From NCBI GenBank assembly GCA_050246115.1, contig JBFWWP010000023.1, positions 24,278-88,277 of the forward strand: a DNA stretch of 64,000 bases, in the 5' to 3' direction. Both the position numbers and the translations under genes were made by a program. Position 1 is the stretch's first letter; each line of letters begins with the position of its first letter. Under the pieces are notes generated by a model. That model had not been told where the DNA came from, did not search any database, and was given only the letters and a program-made list of their open reading frames with translations. Positions 18,821 to 27,163 of the stretch are shown here, one piece after another. The stretch is from Planctomycetota bacterium. Lineage in GTDB: Bacteria > Planctomycetota > UBA8108 > UBA1146 > JAJFFE01.

Positions 18821-19000
18821 GGAGTCGCCCAAGAATAACCTTCACCCTCTTGCTCGTCGCTTCGGGCCATCTTCGACCGATCCGAAAACCTCGAAATCCT
18901 CACCGGAACTAAGGCTACGCCTCCGGTTCCGAGCTTTCCGGATCGGCCGAATCTGACCCAAATCGACGGCAAGATGTCGAAGTTTTTCTTGGGCGACTCC
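18821..19000. mobile_element. 180-bp MITE-like element, copy 2
   Basis: Inverted repeats ggagtcgcccaagaa...ttcttgggcgactcc, TTA flanks; only a handful of differences from 7542-7720. Confidence 0.88.
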
Positions 19001-19139
19001 TTAGCCAGGCCGCGCGGGCCAGGTGATCTGCGGCACGGTGTTCCGATAACCGCTCCGCTGGCCCGGGAACCGGTGGGTGGGGGGAACGGCGTCCAGGTGG
19101 GACGCTCGGGTGGCCGATAACGAGGCGAGGAGTACCCGC

Positions 19140-20708
19140 ATGCATTGCCCGGCCCGTGACACTGGCAGCGTCTTGATCCTGGCTCTGATGTTGGTCCTGG
19201 TGCTCGCCCTGTTCGCGAGTTCGTTGGTCATGACCCAGGCGACGACTCAGGCGGCCGGGGCCGGCCTCGTCCAGTCCGTCGAACTGACCTACGCCAAGGC
19301 GAACCTGCGAGAGATCGCCGAGTGGGCACAGAACGAGCTCTTCGATCAGGCCGAGGACATTCGCGACATGACCCAGATCGGTTCCGTCACCGTTGGGGGA
19401 CCCGGGTTCTCGTACGACGTGGCGAGTGAGGGGGCCTACTACCAGTCGGTCTCTGCCGACGGCGACACCAGCTACGTCCAGCGGTATGTCGTCCATGCCG
19501 AACTCGAGGCCGACGGGTTTCAGCTGACCCTCGATCGGATCATCGACGTGGCGTTCACGCCGGTGTTTCAGTTCATGATCTACTTCGAGGGCGACTGCGA
19601 GATCCTCCCCGGTGCAGACATGACCCTGAACGGGAGGGTGCACGCCAACGGAGATGTCTTCATCGGCACCAGTAGTACCCTCACGGTCGACTCCGAGTAC
19701 TTGCGCTGCTCTGGAGAGATCTACCGCAAGCGCAAGAACGACAACTCGACCACCGGCGGCACCGTCAACATTCGCGTCAAGGGCACTCCGCTCTTTGCCA
19801 ACATGACGTCGTCGATGGACTCGCAGGCGCTGGGCTGGGCCACCCTGGCGACGTTGACTTGGAACGGATCCGTGCGCACGGCTTCCCACGGAGTGAAACG
19901 TGCAACCGCTCCGGGGATCGGTTCGATCTTGGCCTACGATCCAGTGACCGGTCAGAAGGGGTACTATCACGACAACGCCGACCTGATCATCGTGAATACG
20001 ACCGCGTACGATCGCAACGGCTTCCCGGTGACGTTGCCCAGCGGCGCGGTGAGGTCCATCACCATGTACGACGCGCGCGAGCGCACGGATGTGACGCTCA
20101 CCGAGATCGATCTCGGGATCCTCGGTACGTCGGCTCACTACCCCGCGAACGGCTTGCTCTACGCGTACCGTACCGATGCCAGTGCCTCGTCGCCCAACGG
20201 CATCCGCTTGAAGAACGGTGCCGAACTCGCGGGACCGCTGACCGTGGCGACCGAGGATCCAATCTATGTCCTCGGCAACTTCAACACCGTCAACAAGGTA
20301 GGGGCCGCGGTGATCGCCGACGCTCTCAACCTCTTGTCGAGTCGGTGGGACGACACCCGCGATGCCTCACCCGTGCCGCCGGCCGAGAGTACCACCTACA
20401 ACCTCGCGGGGATCGCGGGTAGTCTTCCGACCCCGGATGGCGGCGGTACTTACTCGGGCGGCTTCGAGAACTTTCCCCGCTTCCACGAGAACTGGTCGGG
20501 CAAGACTGCGACCATTCGCGGTTCGTTCGTGCGGCTCTACGAGAGCCAGATTGGCACGACGAGTTGGGGGGGGAGCAACGTGTACAGCGCACCCAAGCGA
20601 GACTGGCGATTCGACAGCGACCTCTTGACGATCGGCAACATCCCGCCCTTCACTCCGGTCGTCGTGCAGTACGAAGTGATCTCGGAGACCGTGAACGTCG
20701 TGCGATAG
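19140..20708 (+). CDS. PilX/GspK-like large minor pilin
   Basis: G|SVLILALMLVLVL without Glu5; PVFQFMIYFEGDCEI, LNGRVHANGD, YSGGFENFPRFHENW, YSAPKRDWRFD. Confidence 0.8.
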   Translation: MHCPARDTGSVLILALMLVLVLALFASSLVMTQATTQAAGAGLVQSVELTYAKANLREIAEWAQNELFDQAEDIRDMTQIGSVTVGGPGFSYDVASEGAYYQSVSADGDTSYVQRYVVHAELEADGFQLTLDRIIDVAFTPVFQFMIYFEGDCEILPGADMTLNGRVHANGDVFIGTSSTLTVDSEYLRCSGEIYRKRKNDNSTTGGTVNIRVKGTPLFANMTSSMDSQALGWATLATLTWNGSVRTASHGVKRATAPGIGSILAYDPVTGQKGYYHDNADLIIVNTTAYDRNGFPVTLPSGAVRSITMYDARERTDVTLTEIDLGILGTSAHYPANGLLYAYRTDASASSPNGIRLKNGAELAGPLTVATEDPIYVLGNFNTVNKVGAAVIADALNLLSSRWDDTRDASPVPPAESTTYNLAGIAGSLPTPDGGGTYSGGFENFPRFHENWSGKTATIRGSFVRLYESQIGTTSWGGSNVYSAPKRDWRFDSDLLTIGNIPPFTPVVVQYEVISETVNVVR

Positions 20709-20796
20709 CACCGGAAGCGAACGCGAGCGCGCTGGCTTCTGGCACGTGCCTGTCCGCAGCCAGCTTCGGGGGCCCCGCTTCGACCGGGACCCGGTA

Positions 20797-21504
20797 TCAC
20801 GGGCAGTTCGGGTTTCCCACGCAATCGAAGTCGTTGCAGTCGACGAAGGTGTCGCCGTCGTCGTCGATGCCGTTGTTGCAGATTTCGGGAATGCACGGGG
20901 GCATGCCGGTGCAGTCGAAGTCGCTGCAATCGACGAAGGTATCGCCGTCGTCGTCGATGCCGTTGTTGCAGATTTCGGGAATGCACGGGGGCATGCCGGT
21001 GCAGTCGAAGTCGCTGCAATCGACGAAGGTGTCGCCGTCGTCGTCGATGCCGTTGTTGCAGACTTCGGGAATGCACGGGGGCATGCCGGTGCAGTCGAAG
21101 TCGCTGCAGTCGACGAAGGTGTCGCCGTCGTCGTCGATGCCGTTGCTACAGATCTCGCTCGGGGGGCAACCGGGCGCCGCGAGGCAGCTCAGGGCATCGA
21201 GGGTCGGATCGAGGCCGCAAGCGGGAAACGGCGTTGCGGGCACGGGGCCGCCAGCGAACAGAAAGGAGAGTCCATAGATCGCGTCCGCGATGTCCTGGTT
21301 GCCGTCGTCGTTGGTGTCACACGCATCGACGCACGGCGGCGTCGCGCCTCCCGAGAACAGGACGGAGAGCAAGGAGATCGGATCGCCGATGTTGACGGTT
21401 CCGTCGGCATTGCAGTCACCGCGGACGAAGGACGCTTGCCCCTGGACGGGGGCCCCCGTGAGGAGGGCGGAAGCCAGGATGGTCAGGGTCAGGGCGGGTC
21501 TCAT
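20797..21504 (-). CDS. Secreted protein: N-terminal dockerin-like domain plus four Cys/Asp-rich metal-binding-type repeats
   Basis: Signal peptide, FVRGDCNADG...DACDTNDDG...CGLDPT, then (EICNNGIDDDGDTFVDCSDFDCTGMPPCIP) x~4. Confidence 0.8.
   Translation of the reverse strand: MRPALTLTILASALLTGAPVQGQASFVRGDCNADGTVNIGDPISLLSVLFSGGATPPCVDACDTNDDGNQDIADAIYGLSFLFAGGPVPATPFPACGLDPTLDALSCLAAPGCPPSEICSNGIDDDGDTFVDCSDFDCTGMPPCIPEVCNNGIDDDGDTFVDCSDFDCTGMPPCIPEICNNGIDDDGDTFVDCSDFDCTGMPPCIPEICNNGIDDDGDTFVDCNDFDCVGNPNCP
20821..21156. repeat. 90-bp in-frame tandem repeat, ~3.7 copies
   Basis: tcgaagtcg recurs at 20825, 20915, 21005, 21095; units are near-identical. Confidence 0.92.
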
Positions 21505-21730
21505 CTCTTTCCTCTCTCGCCATCGAATGGCACAGCGTCCGTGCTGGGCGCATCGGGGTCCGGTGCTATGAGGCCGGCGCCCCATTGCCGCGTCTTCAGT
21601 CGTCGGGGGATGTCCAGCAGCCGAGACCGGAGTCTACCGACCGCGGTGGGCTCAGGCTACGGGAAACGCCGGTGGAGCTGCGGAGCCACGACGAGCCCCC
21701 AATCAAGCGCGGTATGCACTCGCTTCGGGA

Positions 21731-22279
21731 CTAGCGGTTGCCGTGCCACTCGACGTCCGGAACGCCCGCGTCTCGATTCGCATGGCGCGCGTACAGGAAC
21801 AGGAGGTCGGAGAGGCGGTTCAGGAAGATCACGGCCCGGTCGGCTTCACCCGTTGCCCGCATCAGAGTCACGACGCGTCGTTCTGCTCGCCGACAAACGG
21901 TGCGTGCGACATGGCAAGCCGCAGCGGCCGGGGAACCTCCCGGCAAGATGAAGTGCCGGAGTGGAGGCAGGTCCGCTTCCTCCCGGTGAATCCAGGCGAG
22001 GAGTGTGTCGTTGCTGGCCGGCGGCAGGAGGGTGGCCTTGCCTTCGCGCCCGGCTCCGGGGGTGGCGAGGTCCGCTCCCATCGAGAACAGCCACTCCGTG
22101 ATCGTTCGCAACTCCTCGTCGATAGGGTCTGGAAGCGGGCAGCACCGCAAGGTGCCGATTGCGGCACTGAGTTCGTCGACCGTCCCGTAGGCCTCGAATC
22201 GTGCCTCGTCCTTGAAGGATCGGTCGCCGCCGATGTAGCTCGACTGGCCGCCGTCTCCTTTGCCAGTGGTGATCGACAT
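21731..22279 (-). CDS. pduO: Cob(I)alamin adenosyltransferase, PduO type
   Basis: SITTGKGDGG, EAYGTVDEL, FILPGG, HVARTVCRRAERR, FLNRLSDLLF. Confidence 0.92.
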   Translation of the reverse strand: MSITTGKGDGGQSSYIGGDRSFKDEARFEAYGTVDELSAAIGTLRCCPLPDPIDEELRTITEWLFSMGADLATPGAGREGKATLLPPASNDTLLAWIHREEADLPPLRHFILPGGSPAAAACHVARTVCRRAERRVVTLMRATGEADRAVIFLNRLSDLLFLYARHANRDAGVPDVEWHGNR

Positions 22280-22355
22280 GGACGTTCCTCTCAGAGCGTT
22301 TGACTCGTTCGGCGCGCTGAGGAGTGACGGCGCGCTGGTGTCGAGCGGTGTTGAA

Positions 22356-23222
22356 TCACGGAGAGTCGTCGTCTCGGGTACGTCCGGCATGCGACGGGGC
22401 TCCGAAGAGGGCACCGACCAAACCTACGGAGCCGTCGACCGCTGCGCTCACGAGGTCGACCCCGGAGTGAGTGTACTCGACAACGGTGCCGCACGTCGCC
22501 CCTCGTTGTCGGGAGGCCAACACCGCAGCCACGATGGCCGGGGCGGCGGTCGCATTGTGATGCTCCAGTGCCTCGTCCATGATCCGCTCCGCTTCGAGCC
22601 GGGCGACGAGTCCGACCATCCGCGCGTCATTGGCCCGGATCCAGGGCCCCGCCCCTGGACCCAGGCCGGCGGGCGCAAACTGGAAGGGCTCGCCGTAGCG
22701 GGTGAGGCAGGACAATGCAACCACCACCGTGTCATCGCTGGCCCCGAGGATCTTCCCAAGGCGCAGCGCGTCGCCGGCGGTATTCACGGCGATAGGGACG
22801 ATGCCGCAACCGGGGGCGAGCGCAGCGATCACCGAGGTCACGGCGCCGAAGTCGGCGAGCCACGCGGGTCGCGGATCGCCGGCCACTACCGTGAAATCGC
22901 CGGCGCGCGCGAGCTTGCGCGCGCGCGCTTCGTCGACCGACGGTAGATCGAGCGCGATCTGGGTCTGCGAGTCAGCAGGCTCGCCGGCCGCCCGGCCGAC
23001 GACGTAGATCGTTGCGGGGGCGCAGCGGACGATCAACGAGTGGAGCACGCGCGCCGCCACGCGCAGACCGACCGGCGTTGACAGTTCGGGCACCAAGCCC
23101 CCGAACAGCCGTCGCGGGACGTCGGCCGGTATGGACCAGCGCACGAGGTCTGCGTCCACGTCCTCGAACGAGTCTGTGAGTGAGTCTTCCGGGGCGTCGT
23201 TCGGCGGATCTTCCGAAGTCAC
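22356..23222 (-). CDS. MEMO1/AmmeMemoRadiSam-B-like protein with degenerate active site
   Basis: GGLVP..., [38 protein letters not shown] follow the MEMO1 layout; GTGA overlap with mqnC stop. Confidence 0.6.
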   Translation of the reverse strand: MTSEDPPNDAPEDSLTDSFEDVDADLVRWSIPADVPRRLFGGLVPELSTPVGLRVAARVLHSLIVRCAPATIYVVGRAAGEPADSQTQIALDLPSVDEARARKLARAGDFTVVAGDPRPAWLADFGAVTSVIAALAPGCGIVPIAVNTAGDALRLGKILGASDDTVVVALSCLTRYGEPFQFAPAGLGPGAGPWIRANDARMVGLVARLEAERIMDEALEHHNATAAPAIVAAVLASRQRGATCGTVVEYTHSGVDLVSAAVDGSVGLVGALFGAPSHAGRTRDDDSP

Positions 23223-24373
23223 CGTGCTCCCATAGTGGGAACGGCCCGATCTGGCAGCCGCTGATAGCCGCCGTTACGCAGCACGGCACGGTAGCCTTCG
23301 CTCTCGATGATCTCGCGTAGGGTCACCTCGGTGGCGGTGTGATGCGCACCGGCCGGGGAGATCACGTTCTCTTCGATCATGATCGATCCGAGATCGTTGG
23401 CTCCGCAGCGAAGACCCGAACGTCCGCCCGCGAGGCCCTGGGTAAGCCAGGATACTTGGAGGTTGCGGATGTTCTGCAGGAACAGCCGCGCCACCGCGAG
23501 CAGGCGCAGGTAGTAGGGGACCGGCACGCGGTCGGGGATGGCTTTGCCGAGCGGCGTGTTGTCCGGTTGAAAGGTCCACGGGATGAAGGACACGAAGCCG
23601 CCGGTTTGGTCCTGGACCTCGCGCAGCCGATCGAGGTGTTCGACACGATGCGCGGCCGTCTCCCCGAGTCCGAACATCATGGTGGCGGTGGTGGGCAGGC
23701 CCGATCGATGGGCCTCGGCGGAGATATCCAGCCACTCCTGCGAAGTGCACGACGAGCGGCGCCGCTGTCGAACCGCGTCCACGAGGATCTCACCGCCGCC
23801 TCCGGGAATCGAGTCCAGGCCGGCGTTCTTGAGTTCGAGCAGGATCGAGCGCGTGGAGCGCCCCGTGAGCTGGCGGAGCCCGTGGATCTCCGTGGGCGAG
23901 AGACAGTGCAGGTAGACCTCGGGAAAGCGCGTCTTGAGGCCGCGAAACAAGTCCGTGTAGTACGACAGCGGCAGGTTCGGGTGCAGTCCCCCCTGCATGA
24001 GGATCCCGCTGCCGCCCAGAGCCAGCGTCTCTTCCACCTTCTTGAAAATCTCGTCGTGGGACAGGACGTAGCCTTCGGGATCGCCCGGGCGGCGGTAGAA
24101 CGCGCAGAACGCGCACACGCAAGTGCAGACGTTGCTGTAGTTGACGTTGCGATCGATGACATACGTCACGACCGGGTCGGGATGAAGACGTTGGCGAACC
24201 GCGTTGCCGCCGGCGAGAACCGCGTCCTGCGGTGCGTTCTCGAGCACGGTGAGACCCTCATCGCGGGAGAGGCGATGCCCAGCGACGGCCGCCTGGATGA
24301 GATCCTCCGCCGCGCGGCGGCAACCCGCGTCCGGATGCCCGTAGAAGTTCCAGTTCAGCTCGAGGCGCGCCAT
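23219..24373 (-). CDS. mqnC: Cyclic dehypoxanthinyl futalosine synthase (radical SAM, CofH/MqnC family)
   Basis: [66 protein letters not shown]. Confidence 0.88.
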   Translation of the reverse strand: MARLELNWNFYGHPDAGCRRAAEDLIQAAVAGHRLSRDEGLTVLENAPQDAVLAGGNAVRQRLHPDPVVTYVIDRNVNYSNVCTCVCAFCAFYRRPGDPEGYVLSHDEIFKKVEETLALGGSGILMQGGLHPNLPLSYYTDLFRGLKTRFPEVYLHCLSPTEIHGLRQLTGRSTRSILLELKNAGLDSIPGGGGEILVDAVRQRRRSSCTSQEWLDISAEAHRSGLPTTATMMFGLGETAAHRVEHLDRLREVQDQTGGFVSFIPWTFQPDNTPLGKAIPDRVPVPYYLRLLAVARLFLQNIRNLQVSWLTQGLAGGRSGLRCGANDLGSIMIEENVISPAGAHHTATEVTLREIIESEGYRAVLRNGGYQRLPDRAVPTMGAR

Positions 24374-24477
24374 GGTTGCTACTCCAGCCAAGTCGTTCGT
24401 GCGGACGGTGGTCGTGCCGGTTCGCGGAGGGGTCCTCACACGGCCGCGTTCTCACTGCGCCGGTGGCGACAGTCCGT

Positions 24478-24511
24478 GGCCTCCTTCGGCGAGGGCCTCC
24501 TTCGGCGAGGG
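24478..24511. repeat. 16-bp tandem duplication
   Basis: ggcctccttcggcgag x2, each with a C-UUCG-G tetraloop core. Confidence 0.7.
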
Positions 24512-24644
24512 ATCGACGGGAGTTTAGCGAGCCCTCGACCGGGTTGCGAGGTGACCTGAGACGTCGGTCAGATGGTCGCGGCGCTTCGGGCGGTCGACCG
24601 CCCACCCTCGGCGCCGGAGGGGGGGCCGGCGTCGTCAACGGGGC

Positions 24645-26582
24645 TCACCGTGAAGCGACGACGACCTGGCGGGCATGGGGCTGTGGGTGCGCGGCATCGA
24701 GCCCTCGCGCCCAGGCGGCGAGCGAGAGCAATCCCCAAAGCAGGTGACCGTGACGCGCTCTGCCGGTCCGGTGCTCCTCGATGAGCCGCTCGACCGCCGC
24801 GTCGGCAATCAGCTCCTGCTCGCGGAAGGACGGGTCTCGCAGACGCTCCTCGAGGTCGGCCATGAGTTTCGACCCGCGAAACCAGCGGTCCACCGGGATG
24901 CCGAATCCGCGTTTGGCACGTTTGAACGTCTCCGCCGGCAGCCACGCCGCCGCGGTTCGACGCAGCACGGCCTTCCCTCGTCCGTCCGCGCCAAGGTGGG
25001 TGCTCATGGGGATGCCCGCCGCGAACTCGACGATGCGATAGTCGAGGAATGGCAGGCGCGCTTCGAGCGAGTGTCGCATGGTCGCGCGATCCACCTTCTC
25101 GAGGATGTCGCTCCCCAGATAGAAGCGCCGGTCGAGATCGAGGAGGAGTTCGAAGTCCGACCCGTGCCAGTCACGGGCATGACGCTCGAGTGGGGTCGGA
25201 GGCAGCGGTGTTCCGAGCGCCGTTCGGACACGCTCGTGCAAGAGCGAATCCAGACGCGAGGGCGGGCACAGCGATCGTCTTCGAAGGAAACTCTCGGCGG
25301 GCGTGGCACTGAGGTCTCCGAGGAGCCGCAGCGTCTTACCCACCCAGTCGCTGCGCGTCGACCGCTGCCCGCGTCCGAGAATGGGATACAGTTGGCGCGC
25401 CCCGGCGAGCAGCGGGCTCGGCAGGCGGCGGTATCGCACCTCCCGCCGCAGCCAAGCGTAGCCGGCGAACAACTCATCTCCGCCGTCGCCCGCGAGCACG
25501 AACTTCACGCGCTGGGCCGCGAACCGGGCCAAGCGATCGGTGGGGAGGAGCGAAACGTCGGCGAAGGGCTCGCCGTAGTTCGCGAACAGCAGGTCGAGTT
25601 CTTCGATCGGCGCTTCGTGCATGAACTCGACGTGATGCTCCGCATGCAGGTGCTGCGCCGTGCGGCGCGCATCCGCGACTTCGTCGAAGCGTGCCTCGTC
25701 GAAGCCGATGGTGAACGCAGGGACCGAGCCACGGCTGTGGCGAGCCAGTCGTGCGAGGACTGTCGCCGAGTCGATGCCGCCGGAGAGGAACGCCCCGGCC
25801 TCGACGTCCCCGCGGGCGCGGAGCCGAATGGCATCGTCGAGCAGGATCGCTAGCTCATCGCACCAATCGTCCAGCGGCCGCTCCTGGGGCGCGTAGGCGG
25901 GCAGTTGCCACCAGGCACGCGGTACGACTCCGTCACCGTTGGGAAGCAGTCGCGCCCAGTGCCCGGCAGGAAGGCGGTGGATGCCGACATGAGGTGTCCG
26001 CGGCGCCGGCACGTAACCGAGGGTCAGATAGTCGCGCAGGGCACGAGGGTCGGGGGCCTCGAGCGCGGCGTCCGCTGGCTCGAGCCCGGCGCGGAGGGCC
26101 GGCAGCTCCGAGGCAAAGGCGACCCCACGAGAAGTGCTCGCGTAGAACAGCGGTTTGATCCCGAGGCGGTCGCGGATGATGTGAACCGACTGGTCAGCGC
26201 GGTCCAAGATCGCGAGCGCGAACATGCCGTTGAGCGCCGAGAGGCAAGCCGGCCCCGCCTCCTCGAACAGGTGCAGCGCGGTCTCGATGTCGGACCCGGT
26301 GCGAAACCGGTGCCCGCGCGCTTCCAACTCGACCCGCAACTCCGGCGCGTTGTAGATCTCCCCGTTACCGACGATGAAGAAACGACCCGCCTCATCGGCG
26401 ATGGGTTGGTTGCCGCCCGCCAGATCGACGATCGACAACCGTCGAAACGCCAGGCCCGAAGCACCGTCGACGAACGTCCCCTCATCGTCGGGCCCGCGAT
26501 GGGTCAGACGGTCACTCATTCGCTGCAGCCGGTCCCGCGGATCGACCCCGCTGTGGCCAACGAACCCCGCGATCCCGCACAT
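24645..26582 (-). CDS. asnB: Asparagine synthase (glutamine-hydrolysing)
   Basis: MCGIAG N-terminus, HRGPD, RRLSIVDL, NGEIYN, FLSGGIDS, GDGGDELFAGY, SLEARLPFLD. Confidence 0.93.
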   Translation of the reverse strand: MCGIAGFVGHSGVDPRDRLQRMSDRLTHRGPDDEGTFVDGASGLAFRRLSIVDLAGGNQPIADEAGRFFIVGNGEIYNAPELRVELEARGHRFRTGSDIETALHLFEEAGPACLSALNGMFALAILDRADQSVHIIRDRLGIKPLFYASTSRGVAFASELPALRAGLEPADAALEAPDPRALRDYLTLGYVPAPRTPHVGIHRLPAGHWARLLPNGDGVVPRAWWQLPAYAPQERPLDDWCDELAILLDDAIRLRARGDVEAGAFLSGGIDSATVLARLARHSRGSVPAFTIGFDEARFDEVADARRTAQHLHAEHHVEFMHEAPIEELDLLFANYGEPFADVSLLPTDRLARFAAQRVKFVLAGDGGDELFAGYAWLRREVRYRRLPSPLLAGARQLYPILGRGQRSTRSDWVGKTLRLLGDLSATPAESFLRRRSLCPPSRLDSLLHERVRTALGTPLPPTPLERHARDWHGSDFELLLDLDRRFYLGSDILEKVDRATMRHSLEARLPFLDYRIVEFAAGIPMSTHLGADGRGKAVLRRTAAAWLPAETFKRAKRGFGIPVDRWFRGSKLMADLEERLRDPSFREQELIADAAVERLIEEHRTGRARHGHLLWGLLSLAAWARGLDAAHPQPHARQVVVASR

Positions 26583-26800
26583 GAAGGTACTCCTCCCGCG
26601 CCCCCCCCCAGGAGTTATCGGCGATTCATCGCCGAGGCTTGCCGTCGGGATCGGCGAGCGGCAACAGGAACCTCCGGCGCTTGCAGCTCCTCTCCCGCTC
26701 CTCCGCTTCCCAATTCTCCCGCTCCCTTCTCCTCTTCCCCCTCCGCGATTCACCGCCGGGGCGTACGAAAGGGCGTGGACTCGTGAGTCTGTGTCGCGTT

Positions 26801-27002
26801 GGTGCGTTGGGCGCAGGAGAAGAGGGGAACAGAATCGTCGAAGCCGGGTTGGGAGCGCTGTGCAGGGCGATGGAGCCACCATCGTTACGCATATCAGGAG
26901 CCCAGGCTCATCGACCGCTCCGGCGCGCACTGGGAGCGCGGACAGCCTGTCCGCATCCGCCTCGCGTCCCGGCCCCTCCGCGCTCGACCCGAGCCTTGCG
27001 CC
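26801..27002. repeat. Bipartite intergenic repeat, copy 2 (block A + block B co-oriented)
   Basis: See 5303-5510; shared core cgcggac...tgtccgcatccgcct. Confidence 0.75.
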
Positions 27003-27163
27003 TCCATCACGTCCGTGAGCATCCTCTCACCCCGCCCATCGCGCCCGGGCTCGGGCCGTCTTCGGCGGTGCAAGCGGTTACCATTACGCGGAGCCCGCGG
27101 CCCCCTCCGGGTGGGGCCACGGGCTCCGCGGTGTGTCCAATTCGCCGGGCGCGGTTCAGCCTG

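Noticed and set aside
7542-19000. Composite transposon bounded by the two MITEs
   Set aside because: Each MITE has its own TTA duplication and the interval holds housekeeping genes (trxB, folE).
20821-21156. CRISPR array
   Set aside because: Contiguous 90-bp in-frame coding repeats with no unique spacers and no cas genes.
24645-26582. Lasso-peptide cyclase
   Set aside because: Intact N-terminal Cys glutaminase domain and no precursor or B protein nearby; ordinary AsnB-family amidotransferase.
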